A stretch of 25,618 nucleotides of DNA from an uncultured Methanosarcinales archaeon (GCA_964521145.1 CAZFPU010000004.1:1-25618); one strand, 5' to 3'. Shown: positions 6,646 to 14,038, counted from the stretch's first letter. Program-made: numbers and translations. The notes: generated by a model not told the origin, from the letters alone.

Positions 6646-8970
6646 CTACTTCATCCTGCTTCTTCCTTCCACGCTAAAGGTCTGCTTCTTGACAGTCCTT
6701 CTGAGCCATTCGTTCCAATCAAAAAATATGCGCTTGCTATCGAGCGAGCCCACTTCATCCTTTACTGACTCAGATAGCTTGTGGAATTGGTCGTTTGCCT
6801 GCACCACGAATTCCGCTTCAAGAAGATCAAGGTTATTTGTTTTATGCGCAACCTCCACCAATGTTTCCTTCAGTTTGGCCCGAAGGGTGATATTATCCCA
6901 TACGGCATCCCAGCTGCCAGACCATTCCTTGACGTTGCCTGCTATTGATTTTAGGATGTCACTCTCGCCATTGATAAGTTCATCGGTTGGTTCGATTGAA
7001 TCCGTTTCTGTCTTGTATTTCATCAGGTCGACAAAGCCATTTTCTAGGAGAGGATCATCCTCCCAGAGCTTTCGAACCTCGGTTATTTGCGTCACTCTTC
7101 TCCACCTATGTAATCCATCGGCGCTTCGAACAGGATTTGCGACAATGATGATGTCAGTTGCCTTGAAGCTGGTTCTTGGGACCCCTAAGTCATTGACGAC
7201 ACGATCAAAGACACCATACGGGCTATCACCGTGGATCGTGCCTGCGACCACATTGGCAAGTGCCCCGACTCTCATCGCCTCATACAATGCCAAAGCTTCC
7301 TTGCTTCTGATCTCTCCAACAATCAATGCGCTATCGCCCAAACGAAGCGTGGTTCGAATCCCTTCATCGGCAGGAACTTCAGAGCTTGATTTGCTCAAAG
7401 CAGATGAGACTTTCATCGGCTGGATGTTGTATCCTAATTTTCGAAGCTCATTGGTTGGCAATTCCAAGGTATCCTCAATAGTAATAACCCTATATTTTCG
7501 CATCAGTTCGACAAGCAATGCGCTGAGTACTGAAGTCTTTCCAGCGCTTCTTGTTCCCGCAACGAGCATGGTTCTTGCACCATCGACGATGAAGCTCATG
7601 AGGCCCGCGGCCAGCGGAGTTATCATCTGCGAATGGATAAATAAGGGTAAGGTCCATGGCTTATCCCGATGCCTTCTTAGAGCAAACGCAAGCCCATAGG
7701 GGTTCAGTGGAGGCCCAACGGCGGCAACTCTCGCGTTCGCGCCATCAAGGATCAGTTCGGTATCTAAGATAGGATTTGCTTCATCGAGTGGTCTTCCAGA
7801 AACCAATCTTAATTTCGTCGCCCATGAATCCGCTTCCGCTCTTGTTGGGATTATGTTTGTCCTGCAGTCCGCATATTCGGAATGCACAAGGAATGCGGGA
7901 ACGTCGCCCATCTGGTTGTTGATAGAGATGTCCTGTACTTTTTCATCCTGCAACAGTACCTCGATTAGTCCAAAGCCAACAGTGTATCTAACCAGGATCG
8001 TTGTCAACTGCTCAAGCTCCGCTTCCTTGAGTTTTATTCCCCTATACGAAGCAAGTTCCTCTATGAGATCTTCCCCTACATTATAGAATACCTGTCTCAT
8101 GCGCTCAGGCTCGACAAACTCGCTTTTCTTTGGCTCATGCTCTGCCATGATATTTCTTGCAGTGTCTAGGATCTCATACTTTTCCTCGGTGAGCTTGAAT
8201 TCTGGGGGAACGACATGATAGAGATATTGGACCGTGTCAGGAAGCTCAAAAATAGTGACATCGACATCCTTTCCAACCGTATATCGCTCAAGCTCCCGTG
8301 CATCATGGGGAAAAGAGGCCATGAGCTTGGTGAACATGAAATCAGGGCGAACCATCGCCGAGAATAATCTTCGATAGAGATCCCTGCTTCCTACCTTATA
8401 TCCTGCTATGTCTTGCTTGACTATGTTTATGATCCTGGTCTTGTCAAGCAATTGTACCATATATTGCAGGATGCTCAGGTATTTTTGCAGGCATTCGCGA
8501 AATTGAGCATCAGAACTTCTATCTAGAATGATTCGCTCATCTCTCTCGAGACGGATAAGCTCCACATACGCGCCGATAGGGTCTGAGCGAAGCAGGTTTG
8601 AGATGATATTCTGGATGGTCGCATACCAAGTGTTTGCCCATCTGCTGCATTTCATGTCCGCAAGCAGCGCACCATAGTTGAATGAGTCCCTTCTTTTGGT
8701 GAGCTGCTCATAGACCATGGCAATCTCTCGAAGATAGGTTGTCTGCGCATAATCATACTCGTAGTTCCTCTTCTGCAGGAAAACTATCTTGGATGCGTCC
8801 TTGACTTCCAGGATCATGTCGCATACCTTTGACATCACCACCGCATCATCCTCTAATGAAGGCACTTTGGGATACTGCTCGAGGTTTACCGATAGGATGA
8901 CATCATCGCCTTCCCGAAGTACTTCGAAGGAGAATGGCTTGTCGCTTGCTTTTCTGTCAAATAGTGCCAT
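6646..8970 (-). CDS. VirB11/TadA/ArlI-family type II/IV secretion ATPase with long N-terminal extension
   Basis: Walker A (AGTRSAGKT), Asp box (ITIEDTLEL), Walker B (LIVGEIRS), His-box remnant (AGTIHGDS), and the conserved GFGLIEVLLQDEKVQDISIN and SGRPLDEANPILD segments. Confidence 0.93.
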   Translation of the reverse strand: MALFDRKASDKPFSFEVLREGDDVILSVNLEQYPKVPSLEDDAVVMSKVCDMILEVKDASKIVFLQKRNYEYDYAQTTYLREIAMVYEQLTKRRDSFNYGALLADMKCSRWANTWYATIQNIISNLLRSDPIGAYVELIRLERDERIILDRSSDAQFRECLQKYLSILQYMVQLLDKTRIINIVKQDIAGYKVGSRDLYRRLFSAMVRPDFMFTKLMASFPHDARELERYTVGKDVDVTIFELPDTVQYLYHVVPPEFKLTEEKYEILDTARNIMAEHEPKKSEFVEPERMRQVFYNVGEDLIEELASYRGIKLKEAELEQLTTILVRYTVGFGLIEVLLQDEKVQDISINNQMGDVPAFLVHSEYADCRTNIIPTRAEADSWATKLRLVSGRPLDEANPILDTELILDGANARVAAVGPPLNPYGLAFALRRHRDKPWTLPLFIHSQMITPLAAGLMSFIVDGARTMLVAGTRSAGKTSVLSALLVELMRKYRVITIEDTLELPTNELRKLGYNIQPMKVSSALSKSSSEVPADEGIRTTLRLGDSALIVGEIRSKEALALYEAMRVGALANVVAGTIHGDSPYGVFDRVVNDLGVPRTSFKATDIIIVANPVRSADGLHRWRRVTQITEVRKLWEDDPLLENGFVDLMKYKTETDSIEPTDELINGESDILKSIAGNVKEWSGSWDAVWDNITLRAKLKETLVEVAHKTNNLDLLEAEFVVQANDQFHKLSESVKDEVGSLDSKRIFFDWNEWLRRTVKKQTFSVEGRSRMK

Positions 8971-9310
8971 GGTCTGTTGGTTTTGTTGCTATTGCTTGAT
9001 TTTTATTTATTAATTAGCTTTGGATTGTTTTTTTTCTGTTATCATTGGTTTTTTATTGTTGATTTTTATTTTAAATTTTGAGATCCTTTATTTGTTTGGT
9101 TGCCATTGGTTGGTTTATTGGGTCTTTGTAGTTATGATGCACTGGTTTTTTGTCGTTTTGAATTTTTTTGTTTTTGCCCTCTACGATGCCTTATTTTCAA
9201 TGTTGAAATGGTTTATTGTTCGCTTGTCATTGGTTTTGTCGTATTGGGTCGTTGGTTTTTGGGTCTTTGTAGTTATGATGTATGATTTTTTCGCACTCTG
9301 TTTCCATTTT

Positions 9311-9377
9311 TCAAAGGCGAGGATATCTAGGCGCTCCCAATGCGTCGCGCATTGATTTTGTTGAGATCTTAGTGCAA
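9311..9377. repeat. Palindromic intergenic repeat family, copy 3
   Basis: TCAAAGGCGAGGATATCTAGGCG, the hairpin caatgcg-tcg-cgcattg (9338-9354), then GATCTTAGTGCAA. Aligns along its length with 11505-11571. Confidence 0.8.
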
Positions 9378-9489
9378 GAGTACTGTTGAATGGTTTTATC
9401 ATCATTACCACTAGTAAACCAACTCCTAGTTTTGCTATGATTTAATCTTAATGAAGATAATGGATTGTGCGAATAGATAGCCTTAGAAT

Positions 9490-9633
9490 TCATTTTGGTC
9501 CTCGTTTTCTCAAAAGATCGAGGGCGATCTCGATGAGATGTGATTTGTTTCGGTAGCGGTATCGATCATGTACTTCATGCTCGATCCACTTGATAAGCTC
9601 CTCGTCGATCGTTGCTGAGATTGGCTTTTTCAT
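9490..9633 (-). CDS. Ribbon-helix-helix (CopG/MetJ/Arc-type) transcriptional regulator, 47 aa
   Basis: MKKPISATIDEELIKWIEHEVHDRYRYRNKSHLIEIALDLLRK shows a beta strand, helix A, a YRNKS turn and helix B. The true start is the ATG at 9633; the longer ORF-track extension runs through the promoter. Confidence 0.85.
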   Translation of the reverse strand: MKKPISATIDEELIKWIEHEVHDRYRYRNKSHLIEIALDLLRKRGPK

Positions 9634-9695
9634 CGAATATATTATAAAATATATTTTGAATATTTTTAAATAAAGTATATATTTTATATTATGAT

Positions 9696-9708
9696 TATAT
9701 AAAGCTTT
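9696..9708 (-). promoter_or_regulatory. BRE/TATA promoter for the RHH gene
   Basis: Minus strand AAAGC-TTTATATA about 60 nt upstream of the ATG at 9633. Confidence 0.5.
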
Positions 9709-9711
9709 GTA

Positions 9712-9875
9712 TCGGCTGAAAAACAAGGCAGCAATCTGGTGATGAACCAGATAGTTCAGTATATTCACAGCCAGCTGTTGTTCCCAGTCACCCTCGGGGT
9801 CGAGCGCCGCCGACACGAGCTTGCGAGTGTCTTGGCATTCGCGAGTGCCCCTTTGTGCCGGCTGCGATCAGCCGA
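9712..9875. other. GC-rich multi-hairpin element between divergent promoters (candidate ncRNA or non-autonomous element)
   Basis: Stems at 9734-9752, 9790-9800, 9812-9831, 9834-9849 and 9859-9874. An 8-bp inverted repeat TCGGCTGA (9712-9719)/TCAGCCGA (9868-9875) bounds the region. Confidence 0.4.
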
Positions 9876-9915
9876 AATAAAAAGACTTATTAATCATGGC
9901 ATCTAGAATCAGATC

Positions 9916-10389
9916 ATGGACCCGCCACCACCAATGATGCAGCCGCCTGTGCCTGAGAAAAAGAAGGGCACGATCACGCTTTTTCAGAGCAAGAAGCCCA
10001 TCATGCCCGATATTTCTGGCATAACAGAAGATGTAAGCAACGTGAGCCGAAGGCTTCGGATTCTTGAAGAGAGCTTCTCGAACATGCGTAAGGCCCTTCA
10101 GGTGACCGAAGATAACATGCTCAATAAGAACAAGTCAAATTCCACCGAGATTCGCACCATAACCTCAGATATATCGGAGATGAAAAAAGAGATGCATGAA
10201 GTGAAAGAGCGCATCTTTGAATTGGTGAAGGAGCTGCAAGACACTGCTAAAAAAGGGGATGTGAAGGTGCTTGAGAAATACATCAATCTTTGGAATCCGG
10301 TGAAATTCGTCACGCAAAATGAGATCGAGCAGATAGTGCGTGAGATCATCGATAAACGAGAAAAGATGAAGAATTTGGAGCAGCCTTAG
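9916..10389 (+). CDS. Coiled-coil hypothetical protein with Pro-rich N-terminus
   Basis: Heptad-rich core (VSNVSRRLRILEESFSNMRK...MKKEMHEVKERIFELVKEL) ending in LEKYINLWNPVKFVTQNEIEQIV. TATA-like AAAAGACTTATTAA near 9880. Confidence 0.85.
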   Translation: MDPPPPMMQPPVPEKKKGTITLFQSKKPIMPDISGITEDVSNVSRRLRILEESFSNMRKALQVTEDNMLNKNKSNSTEIRTITSDISEMKKEMHEVKERIFELVKELQDTAKKGDVKVLEKYINLWNPVKFVTQNEIEQIVREIIDKREKMKNLEQP

Positions 10390-10510
10390 GTTCTGATTGG
10401 TTTATTCTTAGAAGTTGTGTTCTAAATCTCGCTTGTGCTCGGAGTAACGTTTTATCATCAGCCCTCACAAAGTCTGACACAGGATAACCGAATACTTGGT
10501 CACTATAATT

Positions 10511-10582
10511 ATGCGATGCCGCAGCGCAATGGAGTCTAGAAGCGAAGGCATCGCACTAAATATTGCCCAAGGCGTTTTGAAA
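10511..10582. repeat. Palindromic intergenic repeat family, copy 4 (inverted)
   Basis: A 9-bp inverted repeat tgcgatgcc/ggcatcgca (10512-10520/10547-10555) abuts GCACTAAATAT (10553-10563) and CGTTTTGA. On the minus strand this reads TCAAAACG...ATATTTAG followed by the hairpin. Confidence 0.6.
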
Positions 10583-10669
10583 CTTTTCTAATGCATCAAA
10601 AAACTCATGCTCGACCTTTGTGGCGCTGCCTTCATTAGAACAAACTTCTCTCCAAAAAAATAAGGAAAA

Positions 10670-11389
10670 TTATTCCATCCCCGGCCGTCTTGGTAATCCA
10701 GCAGGTTTTGTTGGAGTCTCGGGGCTTTTTGAGAGCCGCTCTAATTTGTTCACGTTCTCAGTTAACGAAGGCAGGATCTTTTGGAATACTTTTTCCATCG
10801 CCTTGATCTCGGTTCCCACATCGACTATGTTTCTATCGTATTCTGAGATCTTGTTGAGAAGGTTCTTGTGCAGCGCGCCAAGACTGGTGTTTAGGTCCTG
10901 CACCTGCTGCGAGAGCTGTGTAAGTTTTGAGTCGCTCTGCTCTTTCCAGGCGATTATCTTTCTTAGGTCATCTTCAAATTCTTTCCATTTCTCATCTATG
11001 ATGGCTTCCGCGATCTCTTCGATAAGCTCCCGATTGCTCACCTGATTCTGTTCAGGGGCCACAGGTGGCGGCTCAGGAAAATTCTGAGAGGAAGGCATGG
11101 TCATGGTACTATCTTGCATGTAGCCTGGCATCTCATATTGAGGAGGCGCCTGCATCTGCATTTGCATTTGAGGTTGGGCCATCATGGGCGCCTGCATCTG
11201 CACCTGATTGAGCGCATCATAGATCTGAGAAGAGTTAAATCCCTGGCGCTGCAGCTCGAGAACGATCGTGTTGGTATCGAGGCCCTGGCGCTGCATGACC
11301 ATTATCTGCTCCATTGGACTTCCCGGCGCTGAAGACTGGGGCGCAGCTGAACCTTTCTTTTGTTTCTTTCCAAAACTGAAGAGAGCCAT
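10670..11389 (-). CDS. Hypothetical protein: small helical domain, Q/M/P-rich linker, C-terminal coiled coil
   Basis: QRQGLDTNTIVLELQRQGFNSSQIYDAL domain, low-complexity QMQAP repeats, and the coil ELIEEIAEAIIDEKWKEF...EKVFQKILPSLTENVNKL. GAGGT RBS and TATA at 11424-11431. Confidence 0.85.
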   Translation of the reverse strand: MALFSFGKKQKKGSAAPQSSAPGSPMEQIMVMQRQGLDTNTIVLELQRQGFNSSQIYDALNQVQMQAPMMAQPQMQMQMQAPPQYEMPGYMQDSTMTMPSSQNFPEPPPVAPEQNQVSNRELIEEIAEAIIDEKWKEFEDDLRKIIAWKEQSDSKLTQLSQQVQDLNTSLGALHKNLLNKISEYDRNIVDVGTEIKAMEKVFQKILPSLTENVNKLERLSKSPETPTKPAGLPRRPGME

Positions 11390-11423
11390 GTAAACCTCTT
11401 TTTGTCAATTTCATTGAAGTTCG

Positions 11424-11437
11424 TATATAAACGTTTC
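11424..11437 (-). promoter_or_regulatory. BRE/TATA promoter for the 10670-11389 gene
   Basis: Minus strand GAAACG-TTTATATA about 35 nt upstream of the ATG. Confidence 0.55.
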
Positions 11438-11504
11438 TAAAATGAGGAGTTTTGGTAATAAAGTCGAATAAATTGAATTATTTTGGAAAAATAGCGGGCG
11501 AATT

Positions 11505-11685
11505 GAAAAAGCGAGGATATTTAGTCGGCCCCAATGCGGCCGGCATCGATACTATGGATATCTTAGTGCAATAGGTTAGTTTGCATTGCGCTTTAAAGAA
11601 AAATCAAAGGCACTCCTTGCACTAAGATATCCACCATATAAGAAGCCGCACACATTGGTGCGGCCTAGATAACACGCGTTTTGTC
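11505..11685. repeat. Palindromic intergenic repeat family, copies 5a/5b (inverted pair)
   Basis: Perfect 16-bp inverted repeat GGATATCTTAGTGCAA (11556-11571)/TTGCACTAAGATATCC (11617-11632). Each arm extends to an AAAAGCG/AAAACGCG...TATYTAG flank with a GC hairpin (11526-11542; 11645-11664). Confidence 0.85.
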
Positions 11686-11733
11686 ATCGTTAAATTATAG
11701 AGTAAGAACTGAACAGAACTCAAACGACATATC

Positions 11734-12249
11734 TCACATGCTCTTCGAAGCAAGCAGCGCAACGGTGAATACTGCTATCAAGAAAAACAAGATCAGACCA
11801 ATGAAGTTGGGATGGAAGATGACTGAACTTGTCTTCTCAAAGCTCTCTTCTCCTGGCTCAGGGATATCGATCTTATCGCGAACCTGCGCAAGCGTGCCAA
11901 CAACGAGCGCGATGACCAATATCACGAGAGCGATCCATTTGAGGCTATCAATTGATTGAGGGACATGCCCCTGGCCACCCATCATGCTGCCGGCAACTAC
12001 GGAGATTATTATAGCGAAGACAAGAAGCACAACAAAGACCGGAGCTATGCTGCTTATGATATCTGTAGCCATCTGAGACATCGCAACAAAGATAGCCAGG
12101 ATAACGGCGATCATCCAGATGAAGAGTTGATTGCCCTTGAACATATTGGCTGCATACATGAACGCAGCGGCCAATACCAGCACGAAAAGAAAAACGAAAA
12201 TAGCAGAGAATGGAGATAAGGTAGTTGATAGGTCGAGGAACGTGGCCAT
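11734..12249 (-). CDS. Polytopic membrane protein, paralog 3 of tandem triplet
   Basis: About 5 hydrophobic segments; 2 nt from the upstream paralog's stop; AIFVFLFVLVL...NMFKGNQLFIWMIAVILAIFV aligns with the other two paralogs. Confidence 0.85.
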   Translation of the reverse strand: MATFLDLSTTLSPFSAIFVFLFVLVLAAAFMYAANMFKGNQLFIWMIAVILAIFVAMSQMATDIISSIAPVFVVLLVFAIIISVVAGSMMGGQGHVPQSIDSLKWIALVILVIALVVGTLAQVRDKIDIPEPGEESFEKTSSVIFHPNFIGLILFFLIAVFTVALLASKSM

Positions 12250-12251
12250 AC

Positions 12252-12848
12252 TTAGTGCCTTCCGCCGCCACCGCCACCAAACAGCCTATGTGCATAAATT
12301 CCGGCTCTCTCCATTCCTTGTCTATCACTATCAGACCCAGTTATGAAAGCTATAATGATGCCAAATATCAAGATCATTATGACTATAGTGATCGCATCAG
12401 ACCCAAAGATTCCTTCAAGAAAACCCATGAATGTTGGTGCCCACCAGCCAGCAGCAGAGCCAAAGATAAAAATAATGGTGACAATGCAGACAAATGCGAT
12501 CCAGCCAGGAGCCGCGAGCCCCAAGAAGATTTTGTCATGGGCAAACACCCCAAGCAAGATGAGCAGTGCCATGACTGCAACTACCAAAAGAGAAACCTGC
12601 GGCAAAGCCTTCTTTAAGATCTCAAAGGGATCTTGCGTTGGTGGCAAATACGCTGTGAAATGAACGAATAAAACGACCAAGGAAAAAAGAAGCGAAAATC
12701 CGACATTGAGATTTTTTTTAGATTCTCCAAGGACCTTGGTCTTCTCAAGGACCGCAAAGAGTATAGTGAAGATAAGAAGGAAGATCAGCATATCTACGAT
12801 TTGGAATCTTTCCAATTCCCGAATGATTTCGCCAAATTCTATTGCCAC
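12252..12848 (-). CDS. Polytopic membrane protein, paralog 2 of tandem triplet (GTG start)
   Basis: IFLLIFTILFAVLEKTKVLGESKKNLNVGFSLLFSL motif; GGTGA RBS before the GTG; Gly-rich tail. Confidence 0.87.
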   Translation of the reverse strand: MAIEFGEIIRELERFQIVDMLIFLLIFTILFAVLEKTKVLGESKKNLNVGFSLLFSLVVLFVHFTAYLPPTQDPFEILKKALPQVSLLVVAVMALLILLGVFAHDKIFLGLAAPGWIAFVCIVTIIFIFGSAAGWWAPTFMGFLEGIFGSDAITIVIMILIFGIIIAFITGSDSDRQGMERAGIYAHRLFGGGGGGRH

Positions 12849-12937
12849 TCTATCACCTTTTCCATATTTTTCTTCTTGTTGTTTTTAAACTTTACTGATT
12901 GATATGTTTTATGTTTGTTATTGTGTTTGATAATAAC

Positions 12938-13027
12938 AATCAAAAGCGAAGATATTTAGGCGCCGCCATTGCGCGGCGCAATGATTGCGGCCCGCATTGG
13001 GGCCGCCTAGATAACACGCTTTTGATT
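12938..13027. repeat. Palindromic intergenic repeat family, copy 6 (90-bp head-to-head palindrome)
   Basis: AATCAAAAGCG (12938-12948) pairs perfectly with CGCTTTTGATT (13017-13027). Internal stems cattgcg/cgcaatg (12967-12983) and gcggccc/gggccgc (12987-13006). Confidence 0.85.
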
Positions 13028-13063
13028 CATGCTAAACACTTTAAAAATTAAATACGCTTATTC

Positions 13064-13621
13064 TCAATGATTATGATCATCACTCTTCGAGTTCTTGCCC
13101 CTATCTTGGGTTATCCAGACGATGAAGAGCACTAACAAGATGAACAGAATAGCAGTTCCTACGATCTCTCCCTGGTTATGTCCCGAAACGAATCCAAAGG
13201 TATCATCGAGCCACCCAAGCGCATCGAGGAAGATGAAAAGCAATGCAACGAATACTATTACCATGAAGAGCGTCTTCCAGCCCCCAGTAAGATAGACCGC
13301 TTCTGGCTTTTCCTGGAAAAATGATCCAACGAGCAACAGGAAAAGTACTATCAAAAATAGCAATATCACGAATTTGGATGCGATCGAGGTGATGACCGCG
13401 ACCAACTGAGAGGATAAGACAACAAAAAAGGCGATCACAACAGCCGCAATCGTGTTGAGATTCTTCTTTGGCCATTTCTTGCCATCGATTTCTTCCATCC
13501 CAAACACTTTGGTTCTCTCAAGAAGCGCAAAAACAATGGTAAATACCAGAAGGAAAGGCAAAATTACGTCATAAAAGCCCAAATTTACGAGAAAATCCAG
13601 GATGTTTCTAAATTGCGACAT
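13064..13621 (-). CDS. Polytopic membrane protein, paralog 1 of tandem triplet
   Basis: YDVILPFLLVFTIVFALLERTKVFG...KKNLNTIAAVVIAFFVV motif. Start moved to MSQFRN (13621) because a TATA box lies at 13649-13656, inside the ORF-track extension. Confidence 0.87.
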   Translation of the reverse strand: MSQFRNILDFLVNLGFYDVILPFLLVFTIVFALLERTKVFGMEEIDGKKWPKKNLNTIAAVVIAFFVVLSSQLVAVITSIASKFVILLFLIVLFLLLVGSFFQEKPEAVYLTGGWKTLFMVIVFVALLFIFLDALGWLDDTFGFVSGHNQGEIVGTAILFILLVLFIVWITQDRGKNSKSDDHNH

Positions 13622-13648
13622 GTATTCTCTCATTTTTGAGAAAGTCAA

Positions 13649-13662
13649 TATATAAAGGTTTC
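13649..13662 (-). promoter_or_regulatory. BRE/TATA promoter for the membrane-protein triplet
   Basis: Minus strand GAAACC-TTTATATA, 27 nt upstream of the ATG at 13621. Confidence 0.55.
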
Positions 13663-13756
13663 TAAATGGGAAGACAGCGTTCGAAATGTAGATTAGCGGG
13701 CTTAAGGTCGAGCATATCAATTCTTCCAGATCCATTGAAAATTCATGGAATTTTCA

Positions 13757-13909
13757 GGGTGCTGAAAATCCGCTGATTTTCTAGCACAATCGACAAGGAG
13801 GAAGTCCCATCGGGGGAACCAAGAAAATCCGGGATTTTCGGGGTGCCAAAATGCCGGGCATAGCAGGAAAATCCGGGATTTTCTGGCTCCCGGAATTTCT
13901 TTAATTCCG
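13757..13909. repeat. Cluster of GAAAATC-N3-4-GATTTTC palindromes (second repeat family)
   Basis: GAAAATCCGCTGATTTTC (13764-13781), two identical GAAAATCCGGGATTTTC (13823-13839, 13867-13883), and CGGAATT-TCTTT-AATTCCG (13891-13909). Confidence 0.85.
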
Positions 13910-14038
13910 AGGATTTAGCATGTCGGTTATTGAAATAAACATTGAATACTAGAAGCCCGCTAATCCGAGTGATAGCGAGATTTTGAACACTGCCGCTCCA
14001 ATAAAAACTTTTAAATACTAACGAACAGGAGGCCAATC

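Noticed and set aside
3121-8970. Archaellum (arlI/arlJ) assignment
   Set aside because: No archaellins, arlH, arlF or arlG nearby; gene symbols withheld.
9020-9355. Hydrophobic F/V/L-rich plus-strand ORFs (9020-9355, 9100-9285) suggesting a membrane protein
   Set aside because: The hydrophobicity is a by-product of T-rich low-complexity DNA; no RBS or promoter, and TTG starts.
9490-9633. RHH as the cell-division regulator CdrS
   Set aside because: It lies 9 kb from ftsZ, and I see no CdrS-specific sequence beyond the generic RHH pattern.
9634-9816. N-terminal extension of the RHH ORF to 108 aa in the ORF track
   Set aside because: It crosses the gene's own TATA box and AT-rich promoter; the RHH fold starts at the ATG at 9633.
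10390-10669. Possible tRNA or known ncRNA in the spacer
   Set aside because: No cloverleaf or T-loop GTTC signature; the hairpin is explained by the repeat family.
12249-12260. ATACTTAGTGC and CGCCTAGATAC (near 17581) as extra repeat copies
   Set aside because: Short partial matches inside coding junctions with no flanking hairpin; likely chance.
2935-13027. Autonomous IS element or provirus
   Set aside because: No transposase, integrase or viral gene recognised, and no target-site duplications identified.
13622-13735. N-terminal extension of the 13064 membrane gene
   Set aside because: It spans a clear BRE/TATA at 13649-13662.
13757-13909. CRISPR mini-array interpretation
   Set aside because: Repeats are only 17 bp, spacers are irregular (41 and 27 nt), there are only three units, and no cas genes are present.
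13743-14036. 97-aa minus-strand ORF
   Set aside because: It is a translation of the palindrome cluster (ENPGF, PKIPDF, ENQRIF) and overlaps the 14039 promoter.
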